From assembly GCA_965645245.1 (NCBI GenBank), contig OZ287069.1:2914001-2978000 (forward strand): a DNA stretch of 64,000 bases, given 5' to 3'. The position numbers were made by a program, and so were the translations under genes. This document shows positions 39,624 through 51,531 of the stretch, in pieces; position 1 is the first letter of the stretch; each line of letters opens with the position of its first letter. This stretch comes from Massalongia carnosa. Its lineage: Eukaryota. The notes under the pieces are model-generated. The model saw only the letters and a program-made list of their open reading frames with translations, had not been told where the DNA came from and did no database searches.

Positions 39624-41799
39624 TCAGAGGTAGCGGACGGGGCACTTTCTTTCTTGTCTAGATCGTGTCGGAGGAAGGGCCATGGGTACATTCAGCGACA
39701 ACGCTTCCATAGGATCTCGAGGCGCTTTTTTGGTCTTTGATGCCTTCATCGATGATTTAAGAGCATCAACATTGTCAACAACGAGCGCCGCATCGGAGAT
39801 ATTGTGATTAGGCGCAGGATTCTCGCCCGATGGCTCCGTGCTCTCGCTTTCCTTCGAGACTTTCTTCTTGACCGCATTTCGCTTTTTAAAAACCTTTCTC
39901 GACATATATCCTTGTTTGATCATCCAGTTTTTCCTCCGTTCCTCAAATTCAATACTGGCGGAGTTGCATGTTAGGCTGGGTAATCGTTTTCTCTTTATGT
40001 CGTTGTGTCGTTTCCATTCCTCGAACATGTCTCCCTCGTCTAATCTCATTGCTTGACCCCGCTTTAAAATTTCTAAAAGCTCGGCGCCGTAGGGCCTAAT
40101 ACCAGTCCATGTGTTACCAATCCATCGCCGCATGGTGGGCTCGTCCACAATCTGATCCGCCCAAGTGGTCAAAGAATTCAGTACCTCATCGGGCATTATC
40201 AATGATGGGAAGTATCGCATATGTGAATTTGGGAACTTTTCCTGCGCCTTGGCCTCCCTCCATTCTCGAAGTTTAAGGGTGAACCAAGGCCGCCTAGACG
40301 AGTCACGCTCGGCCGTTCTATTTAACATCTCATTGGCGGCTGTTGATGTCTGAAAACTTGGATCGCAAATTGAACAGCAAGGTTGCGGCTTAACATAGGC
40401 CGACGTTGGATACACTTTATCATTGAAGAAATTCAAGCCAATACCTCGAACGCAACCATCTGAAGGCACATTGATTATCTCCCAAAGACCCGGTGGCATA
40501 TCTCGTCGCCGATCAGCATCCTTTTGATTGATGCGGCGTTTACTGGCCTTGGATTCAATCTCGATTCCCGCGTCATATCCGTCCTGTTCGTCCATTTTTG
40601 ATCCGCTTCTTGGACCCATGCACCAAGAAGGATGCAAAAGAGTAAAATGCGCCTGTCCTCGACCGCAACGCAAAGCACGACCTAAACGTTGGTATAGCTT
40701 CGCCATTGACGAGGGTAGCAGCCATTGCGTAACTCTCATAACGTCTGGATTATCAATACCAAGCCCGTATGCATCCGTTGCGATCAGGATTCGAGGAAAT
40801 TTACATTGATTCGAGGGCATTTCGAAGCGAGCCGCAATCCTTTCTTTGTCTTGGGTGGCCATGTCGGAAAAGAAAGGCGCGACCCAACTAGCAGCCTCAA
40901 TTGGATAGGACAATTGATTCATCCATACTTTCATTAGCGCACACGCCTTTTTGATAGATGAAATTGAATCCATGAAGATAATCGTTTTCGGAATATCAAA
41001 AGGACTCTCAGCCCGTGTTGGTAAAAGATGTTGAAGATCGATCATGCTGTTCATAGGCCGCTGTAGACTGCTTGTCTGTATGTATATCTCTGGACGATCA
41101 AGCGCTGTTTGAATAACAGTACTTTCGTTATCAAAGCCACAGCGATCTTTAACGCTCTCTAGGGTTCTTGGATCCAGCGTTGCAGACGCACCCAGAAAAG
41201 GAATACCATCTGGTAATCGTGTACGAAGCACACCGAGATTGAAGTATTCGGGCCGGAAATCTCGCCATTCGGATACAAGATGCATCTCATCAAGAGCTAA
41301 AAGACATAAATTCAAGAAGAAACTTGGATGCCTCAGAACCTCCTGATTAAACAGCTTTGACGTCGCTATCTCTGGGCTAGTAAAAACTATTCATATTAAC
41401 GAGTAAGTTTTTATATTTATCTCAATCATAATTTGAATACACACCATGCGTATAATTGTTTTCACGAATTAACTTTAAATTAGAAGAATTATTACTATCA
41501 CCGTCCAACACGAAAGGCTTGCATCCCTCGATAACGCTCAATTTCTTGCACTGTTGAGCTTCTAAGGTCTTGAGAGGCATGATAATTAAAGCGATCTTAA
41601 GACAAGAGAACATTAATGGCATAGCTTGAAAGATAATACTCTTTCCAAATCCAGTCTTGGCGATAAATATCAGATCCTTTTGATCTTGTGCTAAAGTCAT
41701 GATAGCGTCAACTTGCTCATTCTTTGGATAAAAGCCGAATTTACTTAAAATCACGGTCGTCACCTGCTCGCGAGTTATCGACGCTATAGGATCGTCCAT
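39624..41799 (-). CDS. RecQ-like superfamily-2 DNA helicase (transposon-encoded, 2 exons)
   Basis: AKTGFGKS (motif I), LDEMHLVSEW..FRPEY (II plus aromatic loop), GASAT (III), ATDAYGLGID (V), QRLGRALR (VI), C...CCSIC Zn module and HRDC-like LREWR helix. Intron 41387-41444. Confidence 0.92.
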
Positions 41800-43576
41800 T
41801 TCGATGTGTTCGCGAGCGATATTCGACGATTCGCGAGTTGGATTCTTAGCCCGCAAAACGCACATCAAGCAAGTTCATCACATTCAACGATTTTAGGCTT
41901 TCGAAAACAACGCTCGGAGGATCAGATTAATGATCAGAAGCGCCGACAATGAAAAACTGGAGCTAGTGACCCGTTGAGTCTGCTGTGGTGGTGTCGAAAT
42001 TTCGAGTCAAAGTCGAGTCCTCGTCGCGAGATCGATATTGCGACTCAATTTTGCATCGATATGTAATTAAAATATTGATTAATCGATAGAATGTATATCA
42101 AAGCATCATTTCTATTATTACATAATTTATGAAATGTCGTTGCGCGTTGTTGATTCCGCCGTCAACTTGATTCTTGATGATTTTTGAGGTTAAGCCAAAA
42201 ATTTGTATGAGCGCGCACCAAAATAAGCCGGATCTGACAAAAATACAGAGTTTTGCGCTCAGACGTGCCGCCCGTAGCATGCGTAGTCAGCTAAAGGGCC
42301 GCTAACCCGAAGGGAATTAGCGACGCTAACCCGAAGGGGCTTAGCGAAAATAGGCTAACCCGGAGGGGCTTAGCCGGCTCATAGAGCCACGCACGTCTGA
42401 GGTACTGAGGCAACTAATTGTCGTATAAGTTATGTGTGCTTAGGTAATTAATTTCCAAAAATTCAGGGTCCATGTCAGCACGTGATGAATTTTTCGTGTC
42501 ATCTTGTCAAAAGAGCGAAATTTTCGGAGCCCTAGCTCTTGCTGTTTCTAGGTGCTGACTCAGCCCCCTCCCATCCATAAGACCCCTGTCTCAATTTTGT
42601 CCATGAAACCAGGGTGCCAGATAATACGGTATCTCGTCGCCTGAATTAAGACTCCATAATAAATCAATGTAACATTTCCTATTTACAGCCAACCTGCATA
42701 TAGGCTTGAGAGGGGATCCTTAGAGGTCTCATCATTGGATATGTTCCATGTGTATGTGCAGAACTGAAGCTGTGTACGTAGATCCTGTGCTACTGCATAG
42801 TCATCGTTGATCAAAAATTTACTCGTCAAGAACATGCCTTCGAACACCAACCAACATGTCACATTTCTGCCTTCCCTTCTGTTCTGGATCGCCTCCCAAC
42901 TACTTGCCCCTCTTTTCAAATATATCCATCACATCCTAATAGCAACATCTACTTTCGCTCCACTAACCATGTCTTGCTTACCAGCCTAAGTTCCTTGGCG
43001 AACCCTTAAAGTTCGAGCTCCGTATTCTTTCACCCCTTTCTTCGGATAAATAGTCTGTGGATACTCGAGGCATCCCTGCATCGTTCAGCTTAGCCTTCAT
43101 CCTCGAGTAGGGAAATATAAGTCCTTCGACCACTTGGCAGCGCGTGCCAGGTCAAGGTAGAGATCATATAATGGCGTGGCGGGCTCCAAAGGAACCCACT
43201 TGGGCAGTTAGTTGTGAAGCCCCGAGCGGAAAAAATGATCACTATGCAGGCTAAGTGGTCATAAAAGTGTCTGCCATGTGAATATATCTTGTAAAGTAAA
43301 TGACTTTGATACTGAGTAGCGAAGTTGACAGGATCTACCTATTTTAAGCACCTTATCATCCACGGATCTAATCGGAATCTCCGGAGATGTTGTCCGGCTA
43401 ACTATAGTTAATCAGATAAGATTGCGTTTTTCTCCGATTTTCGGTGGTTTCGTGTCACGAAATTTTTTTTCTTTCAGAAGCTGATTCATCATGTTTGTCT
43501 CTCTTGTTAACGGCCTTTGGGTGGTTTTTCTACTGTTTTGTTTTTGACAAAATTTTCAATTTAAGTATATCTGAAG

Positions 43577-46500
43577 ATGTATCTCCAACAAACAAAAACC
43601 AAAGGTCCTGCAGGGTCAAAAGACCGGCCCCAAGTATCCAAGCAGCAATCTTCAAGTCTTCCCTTTGGGCAAGCCCTTCCACTCACCTCAATTGGTGGAC
43701 CGACTTACTTAACCGCACAAACACTCATTCAGCAAGTTGCTTACACGCTATCTGATCGGCTGTGGGCGTTCTCTCCAGAAACGTTTGATCTCGATATTGC
43801 CGCGAAAGATTGGTTTGGACGGGGTTTGCACAACGCCAGGGGTTATCCTACAAATGTTGAATCCATGGAGATTCGGCAGGGTGCTGCATCTATAACTCTT
43901 GGGTACATGTTCTCCAAAGATTTCGACCTTAAGAAACGTTACATTCCACAATCAATGTTGGCCCCAGCTGCGGCATTGCGCTACCTTCATACTGCCCTAG
44001 ATCAGTTATCCCTTTTATATACAGTCGCCAATCCATTTGTTGCTCACATAGCAGCTGTCGATTATTCATCTACGGGCTTGGTCACAGACTACGTGTCAAC
44101 GATGACTTTCGCAGACGAGCTGGGATTTGCCGTGGTATCAAGTTTTTCTGCCTATGAGACACAGCATCTGTCCCTACTTGCGACTTTACTCGCAAGCTTG
44201 GCCCCGACTATACACACATATGATGGCATCAGCATTGGGCGCGAGACGACCAGAATAATTGATGTTATAAATCAAGCTGGCCTGGAAAGCACATATAAAA
44301 CGGTCTTACAAGAAGTCTCTACTTCAGGAAAGCGGAACGAAGATCTAGACGCAAAAGTTGTGCGGTTGCTCAAATCATTTAATGGCGAGCTTGGCACAAC
44401 CTATGGATTGTTCGAATATCAGGGCCATACCACACCTCATTCTGTTCTCGTAGTGTTTGGAACAATTGAGTCCTCGTTGGCTTCCCAGGTCGCATCATCA
44501 TTGGTGGAAAGCGGTGCCAGGATCGGAGTTCTCAATGTAAGGGTCTACCGACCCTTCGTCGAAGAAGAATTTCTTCGAGCAATTCCAAAATCTGTAAAAG
44601 TTATAGGAGTATTGGGTCAGGTGCACGACAACCATGGTGTTTCTGACAGTAGTGTATATTCAATACTTCATGGAGACGTGATGGCAGCTGTGACGTTCTC
44701 CGATCGGTGGTCACAACCCCCAACTGTTCTTGATATAAAATATCCAAGAGAACGAGTCTGGTCACCAGTATTGATGGCTGCCGTTTTCCAGTTATTTATG
44801 GAGAAGCCAATTCTACAACAGAATCATAAAACCGAGATATCACAGTTTGCCTCCCAGCTACAATTGGTTGATCCTACCAACATTCAGCAGTATACATTCT
44901 GGGACATCAATGATTCACCGTCAGCCTTTGCACCGATGATACTTGGGCAGGCGCTTTCCATAGATTCTGCTAATAATATCACTATAAAGACTGGTCACGA
45001 TAACTTGATTCAAGGTGGCATCCTTCGAACTGACATTCGCAAGTCAAAGAAAACCGTTGAAGCGTCATACTCAATTGAATCAGCAGATGTAGTCTTCGTA
45101 GGCGCAGAGAGCCTTTTTCGCTCGATCGATGTTCTAGATGGTCTTACTGTTGGCGGATCGATCATCGTAAAGCTACCTGGAGTCCAGAATGCCGAACTTG
45201 AAAATAAGTTGCCTGTACACTTCCGGAAAGGTCTTTTTTCAAAATCCGCTCACCTCTACGTACTTGATACATCAGCCCTAGAAGCTGTGGCAAATGATCC
45301 ACCGATGGAGACATTTCTGGTCCAGCTCGCTTTCTTGCGTGTTAGTCTTTCAGATCTTGAGAAAGTCAGCATCCAGAGGTTGGCATCTGTCACTGGAGCA
45401 ACTGAGATTCTGGATGTGCTCGCCAAAGATATTGGCAAAGCTCTCAGGCAGGTAGAAATCCCCGAGTCTTGGGCGGTAGAAGAGCTAGAGAAAGATGTTC
45501 AGCCTCTACCGTCAGATATCAACGTGAGTAGCTTTACCGGATTTGAGAAGGATGAGTCAGAACTACCTGGTTTCCTCAAGGGCTGGAAGACAGTGGCAAA
45601 AAGCTTGGTTTTCAAGGAAGCCTACGGAACCAAAACAGTTCTTCGTCCAGACGTCTCTTTAAAGACCTATACGGTGCAGGTCAAAGAGAATCGTCGACTC
45701 ACGCCCCTGAGTTACGAGAGAAACATATTTCACATTGAATTTGACTTGGGAAATTCTGGGATGAAATACGATATTGGGGAAGCACTCGGTATCCATGCGG
45801 AGAATGACGAGTTTGAAGTTGAAGAATTCATCAAGTTCTACAAGCTGAACGCGGATGACGTTGTGGAAATACCTAGCCGAGATAATCCAAACTTGCTTGA
45901 AAACCGGACGGTTTATCAGGCTTTGATGCAAAATGTTGATATTTTCGGGCGGCCGCCTAAAAGGTTTTATGAGGCCCTATCTAAATTCGCCGATGATCCC
46001 AACGAAAAAAAGGAGCTTTTGACATTGGGTGGACCCGAAGGCGCCACGGAATTCAAAAGAAGAGCCGAAGTGGACACTATTACCTATGCGGACATCCTTC
46101 TGGAGTTTTCTTCGGCGCATCCAAGTTTCCACGATATAGTCAGCATCGTCAATCCTATGAAGCGTAGGGAATACTCTATTGCATCCTGCCAGAAAGTCAC
46201 CCCGAATACTGTGGCCCTGATGATAGTCGTAGTAGGCTGGGTCGATCCTAAAGGCCGTGACCGATTCGGGCAAGCTACACGATTTCTGAACAAACTCAAG
46301 CTTGGAGCCACCGTAACTGTCTCGGTGAAACCTAGCGTAATGAAGCTTCCCACCAAATCCACCCAACCACTCATCATGGCTGGCCTTGGCACTGGTCTTG
46401 CACCCTTCCGCGCTTTTGTTCAGCATCGAGCGTGGGAAATGGCGCAGGGGAAAGATATTGGGGCCGTGTTGCTGTACATGGGCTCCCGCCATCAGCGGGA

Positions 46501-46825
46501 GGAATACTGTTATGGAGAAGAATGGGAGGCTTATCGGGATGCCGGCGTCATCACCTTACTCGGCCGAGCCTTTTCTCGCGATCAGCCGCAGAAGATCTAT
46601 ATCCAGGACCGTATGAGACAGACGATGAAGGAAATCATCCAGGCTTATCTCAAGGATGACGGTGCATTCTATCTATGTGGCCCCACATGGCCAGTGCCGG
46701 ACGTGACAAATGTGCTGGAGGATGCTATTGCATTGGACGCGAAGGCGCTAGGGAAAAGGATAGATCCAAAGAGCGAAATCGAGCGTCTGAAGGATCAGGC
46801 GAGATACGTGCTTGAGGTTTATTAG
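43577..46825 (+). CDS. MET10: Sulfite reductase [NADPH] flavoprotein (alpha) subunit
   Basis: PFOR-like N-terminal half, then VKENRRLTP...RNIFHIEFD, REYSIAS, MAGLGTGLAPFRAF, AFSRDQPQKIYIQDRM, FYLCGPTWP and terminal RYVLEVY; 1082-aa ORF. Confidence 0.95.
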   Translation: MYLQQTKTKGPAGSKDRPQVSKQQSSSLPFGQALPLTSIGGPTYLTAQTLIQQVAYTLSDRLWAFSPETFDLDIAAKDWFGRGLHNARGYPTNVESMEIRQGAASITLGYMFSKDFDLKKRYIPQSMLAPAAALRYLHTALDQLSLLYTVANPFVAHIAAVDYSSTGLVTDYVSTMTFADELGFAVVSSFSAYETQHLSLLATLLASLAPTIHTYDGISIGRETTRIIDVINQAGLESTYKTVLQEVSTSGKRNEDLDAKVVRLLKSFNGELGTTYGLFEYQGHTTPHSVLVVFGTIESSLASQVASSLVESGARIGVLNVRVYRPFVEEEFLRAIPKSVKVIGVLGQVHDNHGVSDSSVYSILHGDVMAAVTFSDRWSQPPTVLDIKYPRERVWSPVLMAAVFQLFMEKPILQQNHKTEISQFASQLQLVDPTNIQQYTFWDINDSPSAFAPMILGQALSIDSANNITIKTGHDNLIQGGILRTDIRKSKKTVEASYSIESADVVFVGAESLFRSIDVLDGLTVGGSIIVKLPGVQNAELENKLPVHFRKGLFSKSAHLYVLDTSALEAVANDPPMETFLVQLAFLRVSLSDLEKVSIQRLASVTGATEILDVLAKDIGKALRQVEIPESWAVEELEKDVQPLPSDINVSSFTGFEKDESELPGFLKGWKTVAKSLVFKEAYGTKTVLRPDVSLKTYTVQVKENRRLTPLSYERNIFHIEFDLGNSGMKYDIGEALGIHAENDEFEVEEFIKFYKLNADDVVEIPSRDNPNLLENRTVYQALMQNVDIFGRPPKRFYEALSKFADDPNEKKELLTLGGPEGATEFKRRAEVDTITYADILLEFSSAHPSFHDIVSIVNPMKRREYSIASCQKVTPNTVALMIVVVGWVDPKGRDRFGQATRFLNKLKLGATVTVSVKPSVMKLPTKSTQPLIMAGLGTGLAPFRAFVQHRAWEMAQGKDIGAVLLYMGSRHQREEYCYGEEWEAYRDAGVITLLGRAFSRDQPQKIYIQDRMRQTMKEIIQAYLKDDGAFYLCGPTWPVPDVTNVLEDAIALDAKALGKRIDPKSEIERLKDQARYVLEVY

Positions 46826-47782
46826 TTATGAGCTTTAGATGGCGCTTGAACTCGAGCTCCGGAGGATATATATTAGACATGACCATCCTCTCCTCGTATA
46901 GACTTGTGATTACGCCACTAAACCTGAAACCCGACGATTTTCATTGTCCTCTTTTAAGACTTTCACTTGTATATTGAGAAGTTATCGCTAAATCTTCAAG
47001 ATTCTTCCGGTGTCATAAGTTCGTAAAACATTACGGTGCGCTCAACAGCCGGACAGCAGTTCCCTTACTAACGCTGTTTGTTGTCCTAGACACTTAACGA
47101 ACCAAAACCATTTGGGTTGCCAGAGGAAAGACGGCTTTCTCCTTGCAACCCAACATTAATTATTCATTGACGCATTAAAACCTATCGCAGATGTCCAGCA
47201 ACGCAAAGAAAGTCATGGGAAATGAGACAAGCTGACACCATGGGGTTCCGAGTGAGACAATACAACACTTCCACCAGTAAGCGCTAATGAGGTGCTTGGT
47301 AAGTCATGGGGTACAGAGCACGCTCGCCCTTGCGCTCCTCTGCTGGAATGATGTTTGATAAGTTCGGGAGGAAAGGGGGAAAGGGGAAGTGACTTCCTTC
47401 ACATGAATAGAAGCGGCCGCTGTCGATTTAGCGTAATTTAGGGTCGAGTCGGCAGAGCGCTAATTGGTCAATCTACACCGGAACCGTCGTGGTCGCTCGG
47501 GGCTGGAAGTCGCTGTGATGAAGAAAAATATTTGTCAGACTCGCCCATTGCAACCAGGAGAACTGGAACGATTGTTCATTGCACTTCCTGCTAAGGCAAC
47601 TTCGTTCATTGTTATACCATCCCGCCAGGCTTGGTGCGCAATCAGGAATACCTACTCCGTATTACCAAGCGCATTCGGCAACCACTAGGTTGTACAGAGT
47701 ACTTGGTATCTCACGTTGAGCCTTAGAGAAGCACCCCATTGCGCCACGAACAAGATGTTTTGACCACGTTCTTCAAACAGCC

Positions 47783-49552
47783 ATGCCTTATCATGACTCT
47801 CCATCGCCTGCAAGGCGATCACAATTGAGTGAGCGGACCTCGTCAATGCAATCCTTACAGCGAAGTTCACCAACCGCGGGGCACCCTAGTAAAGGTTCAG
47901 CACAAAAGCTCCACAAGGCGCATCCAGTCGGACACCACCGCCATGCTCATGGCAGAGTACCCTCTTATGGTAAAAACTTGAACAAGCTATCTAAATTGAC
48001 CGCAATTCGTCCGGTCGATGATTCATCAGAATCAACGGGTCACACCAACGCGAAGTCGCAAATCCCTTCGTCCAGTCCTACGTCGCAACAAATCAAACGT
48101 AACAGCTCAAACAATTCCAACGTTAGCCTACCAAGGGCAGGCTCAAAAGTCTCTTTTAAGAAAAATTCCTCAAACACAAGCCTTAAGCACAATGGATCTG
48201 CAGCAAACCTGGCCAATGCTGCGAAACCACATATCAAGCCCCACTCTCGCAATGGGAGCGCTCACAATTTGCCATCGAAAGTAAAAGTTCAGTTTTCTGT
48301 GGGGAGCGACGATCAGGATGACGAATGGGTCGAAGCAAGCAGCTCGCAGTCCCCCAGCACGACAAGGCATAGCCCAAACAACTCCAAGACCCTCCAGCTG
48401 GAAGAGCCTCCGTCACCGGATGAACCCGCTGGGCGACCTCACCAAACTCTTCCACATTCCCCTCCTCAATCACCGCCTACCCATGGCTCCAAGGCTCCGA
48501 ACAACGGATCCACAGAGCATCGCCCAGGTCATTCAATTCAATACTCTCATCCTCCAGATGCGGAAGTTGTTACTCATCGACTACTTAATCGACATAACCC
48601 AAACAATGCGGCGCCGCAGATGTCGTCCGTATCAGCCACCATCACTCCTTCAGGCTCCAGTGGGTCTCCAGCCTTCAACCATGGACACGACTCCACACTC
48701 CCAAGTGATCCAAGCATGCCTGCTGATGGTATCTCCCGGTTTCTAAATCATACAGGCTCCTCTTCTGGTAGCGCCACCCCTGGCTCTATCTCCCAACTTC
48801 AGTCCACTCTCGCACAGATTCACCGCAACCAACACCGCCCACAGGCGCAGCATCCTTTCTCCCCTTCCTCCAATTCTCCGCCTACGAAGGGTGCTCTCGA
48901 GGTTTCCAAACGCACCAAATCCGCCGGCAATCTTACCCATTCTCGTCTCTCTAGCAACGAAAATCATTCCGCCTCTCCTCCTTCACCGGTCCAGCCCACG
49001 GCCCCATATAACTCGCGCGCCTCGCCTTTTAAGTCTGCCCGTGACCCTCGCGAAGCCGGCAAGTCCCTGACGCAATTGAAACTTGACCTTCAGCGCATGT
49101 CCACCAACCGCGAACCGGCACACGCCCCAGCCGTGCAGCCGCCATTGGCGATGATGCATGGGGCGCACGCGGTCGCGGGTCTAGGCGCTGCCAATGGAGA
49201 GCGGAGCGGGGAGAGGAGGATCAGGCAATGGGATCAAGCGGATCTAGAGTACAAGAATGGGAGAAGATTTAACAACATGCTCGTCAGTGCCGTAGGGCGC
49301 CTGGAGAAGCAGCGTGAGAAAAAGAAGGTTCTGATACGAGCCCCACGAGAGGAGGCTTCCAAGGCGGCTGGCGATCTCAACGGGACTGTTATGCGAGCGG
49401 CTGGTTCACGGCCGGGAAGCCGAGGGAGGGTCAGGTTTGAGGTTGGGAGGAGGGAGGGCGAGGAGGAGGAGGAAGAAGAGAACAATGAGGATGGAATGCC
49501 AGGATTGTTAAAGAGGATGTGGGATAGCAACGGACCGGAAATAGGGGACTAA
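47783..49552 (+). CDS. Ser-rich protein, likely TORC1 subunit Tco89-like
   Basis: 589-aa low-complexity ORF with HPVGHHRHAHGRVPSYGKNLNKL, VQFSVGSDD..EWVEASSSQSP, SLTQLKLDLQR and LLKRMWD. Confidence 0.65.
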   Translation: MPYHDSPSPARRSQLSERTSSMQSLQRSSPTAGHPSKGSAQKLHKAHPVGHHRHAHGRVPSYGKNLNKLSKLTAIRPVDDSSESTGHTNAKSQIPSSSPTSQQIKRNSSNNSNVSLPRAGSKVSFKKNSSNTSLKHNGSAANLANAAKPHIKPHSRNGSAHNLPSKVKVQFSVGSDDQDDEWVEASSSQSPSTTRHSPNNSKTLQLEEPPSPDEPAGRPHQTLPHSPPQSPPTHGSKAPNNGSTEHRPGHSIQYSHPPDAEVVTHRLLNRHNPNNAAPQMSSVSATITPSGSSGSPAFNHGHDSTLPSDPSMPADGISRFLNHTGSSSGSATPGSISQLQSTLAQIHRNQHRPQAQHPFSPSSNSPPTKGALEVSKRTKSAGNLTHSRLSSNENHSASPPSPVQPTAPYNSRASPFKSARDPREAGKSLTQLKLDLQRMSTNREPAHAPAVQPPLAMMHGAHAVAGLGAANGERSGERRIRQWDQADLEYKNGRRFNNMLVSAVGRLEKQREKKKVLIRAPREEASKAAGDLNGTVMRAAGSRPGSRGRVRFEVGRREGEEEEEEENNEDGMPGLLKRMWDSNGPEIGD

Positions 49553-51531
49553 AGGGGCGCTTTTGGGGGCATTTCGGCGTGATGACGATTCCGAGTTCTG
49601 CTGACATAAGGGCAACCAGCTGGGGGATCTACCTGAGGAGTTGGATTGACTTTGAACTTCTGTTTTATCGGCACGATGGTCGGGCGTTGCACACACACAC
49701 ACGACTCACGGCGGAATTAGAGATCAGTTGGGCTTCGCACTTTGTTGTTCAGGGTGTGTATGAGCTAGTGTTCTTTTCAGACTTTTCAGCCAAGTGTGTA
49801 CCGGTGGTTTCGGGTATGTTTGGCGGTAACATACATGGAGGATTGATTTTACTTGGTGTACCTAGGTGGGTATGAGCTTTTACTTTATGTGTTGTGGAAG
49901 GGGGGAAAGAGGGGGTGTTGGTTGGAGGGTTCCTGGCGCGAGGTTTGGGGTGCCGAGCTTAGCGACAAGGACTGATGTTTACGTTAAGTAGCCGTGGTAG
50001 CCCGTGGGTAAGTAAGTTTGATACCTGGAGCGCCCTGGGCTGGGCTGATACAGACGATAAAGCTACGAGAATTTCTGATTTTGATTCTTTTCTTGTATGA
50101 ATACCTGACTTCGTCACTCAGGTAAATCATTTACTTCGTATGAGTAATCCAGTCGCATGGCAAGATATGAAGTCTTTGCTCCTTCCTCACGGGTGCGTCT
50201 ATTGGCCTGAGTTTTGTACGCATTCTTTTCTCTTTGAGTTCATGAATCATCCGATTCCAGGCAATTTCTTTTTTCGCTTGGGTTCGGTTGGAGATGAACT
50301 CATATTACTTCTTACAGAGTACTATCTCTCGTTTCGTTGTGCGAGTTCCTGCCCATATCGCTGATCGTTGGTCCTTAAAGCCCAGCGCTCGGGGATACTC
50401 TTCTCCAGTAGAGAATGTTTCCTCGTCATGGCATCTTCCCAATCGCTGGTCTCTAGACGATGCGCTGACGTGACTTTCCAGCCTGAGGAATCAATCAGAC
50501 ATACCCTGCTATGGAAATCTCGTTTGCCCTCAAGGCTGGGTGTAGCCTTCTCTCAATGAAAAGTGCAGTATGAACTTCACCCTTCATTTAGGAGACCACT
50601 ACTAAATTATATCGCAGTTCTTCATCGGTGTCCATAATTTGTAACAACTGTACGGAGTACATATCATCGATGCGTCGAAATGACCAGAGGCGACTTCCAA
50701 TGAAGAAACATCGGTAATAGGACAGACCTTGAGGAAACTTGGTTTGAGATCAAAATGCATCGCCCTTAAGTTTAGCATTTCCCTGTGGCTTCGTCTAATA
50801 TTCGGAATCAACTTACTTGGAGGCTAGGCCAAAGCTGGGCTAAAATTCCTCATCCCAAGCTCAGCAAGAAGTAAGCCAGAAAAACTGGGTCGTTGGAACA
50901 CTAACCAACGTCGTGCCTTCCATCTTTCTCGATGCTGTCATTTCTCTTCATGAAGACATTAAGGGGGCCCTCGGTCGCAGCAGCCATTTCTCCGACAGAC
51001 CCTGCCCGCAACCAGGTTCGTTGGGTCCACAGCTTACCTGACCTCTCTGATGGACAGGCAAAGACCCTGGGTCCGGTCAAGCCTGCGGCTACTACGGTAT
51101 CTGCCTCTTCTTCGACAGCGGCTTCAGGAACTCCTACTGGTGCCATTGCTACAAATACGCCACGATTGTTCGAGGGGCCGATAGCAGAAATATCCTAAAG
51201 CATTCGATTTATTTGCTTCATTCTCCATGTCTTCATCGAACTTAGCCTAAAGTTTTCTCGATCCGATTGATGTTTGGATTTCCTGGAAGATCTGCCACGC
51301 TTTTGCCTCTTTGCTGTTTCACAGCTGCGAGGCTCATCATAAGAATATTTGAAACTACAAGGTGGCTTACTCCGTACGTAGCTGAAATAACTAAAGTAGT
51401 CTAACGGAGGTGATCGGATCTCGCTAACCTTCACCTATCGTCGAGAAAGAGTCATTCGTGTCAAGAAACTAGTACAAGGATGGGTGACATTGGTCCGTAT
51501 CATCATTTTTCATTAATCATTCATCAATCAC

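Larger units (their letters stand above)
36387..42413. mobile_element. AcademH-like helicase-encoding DNA transposon, apparently intact
   Basis: Long imperfect TIRs 36387-36524 / 42248-42413 starting TTGCCTCAGTACCTCAGACGTGCGTGGCTC. Direct repeat CTAATTGT at 36379-36386 and 42414-42421. Contains convergent transposase-like and RecQ-like genes. Confidence 0.85.
34079..42534 (-). mobile_element. hAT DNA transposon (~2.4 kb without the nested insert)
   Basis: 11-bp TIR TAGGGCTCCGA; perfect 8-bp TSD GCTCTTGC (34071-34078 / 42535-42542); hAT transposase inside. Confidence 0.92.
33569..42629. mobile_element. Non-autonomous pogo/Tc2-like element (MITE, ~450 bp once nested inserts are removed); outermost layer of the nest
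   Basis: Perfect 15-bp TIR CCGTATTATCTGGCA (33569-33583 / 42615-42629), TA on both flanks, subterminal ATAAAACCC motifs. Confidence 0.85.

Noticed and set aside
39624..41799. Host SGS1/RecQ or telomere-linked helicase gene
   Set aside because: It has no long N-terminal extension and sits inside TIRs with a TSD beside a transposase-like gene, so it is treated as element-encoded.
33569..42629. Starship or Helitron
   Set aside because: I see no tyrosine-recombinase captain, HUH Rep or PIF1-type SF1 helicase; TIR/TSD pairs explain every boundary.
50602..50811. Protein-kinase fragment (MHFDLKPS)
   Set aside because: One short resemblance to the catalytic loop, with no DFG, APE or Gly-loop nearby.
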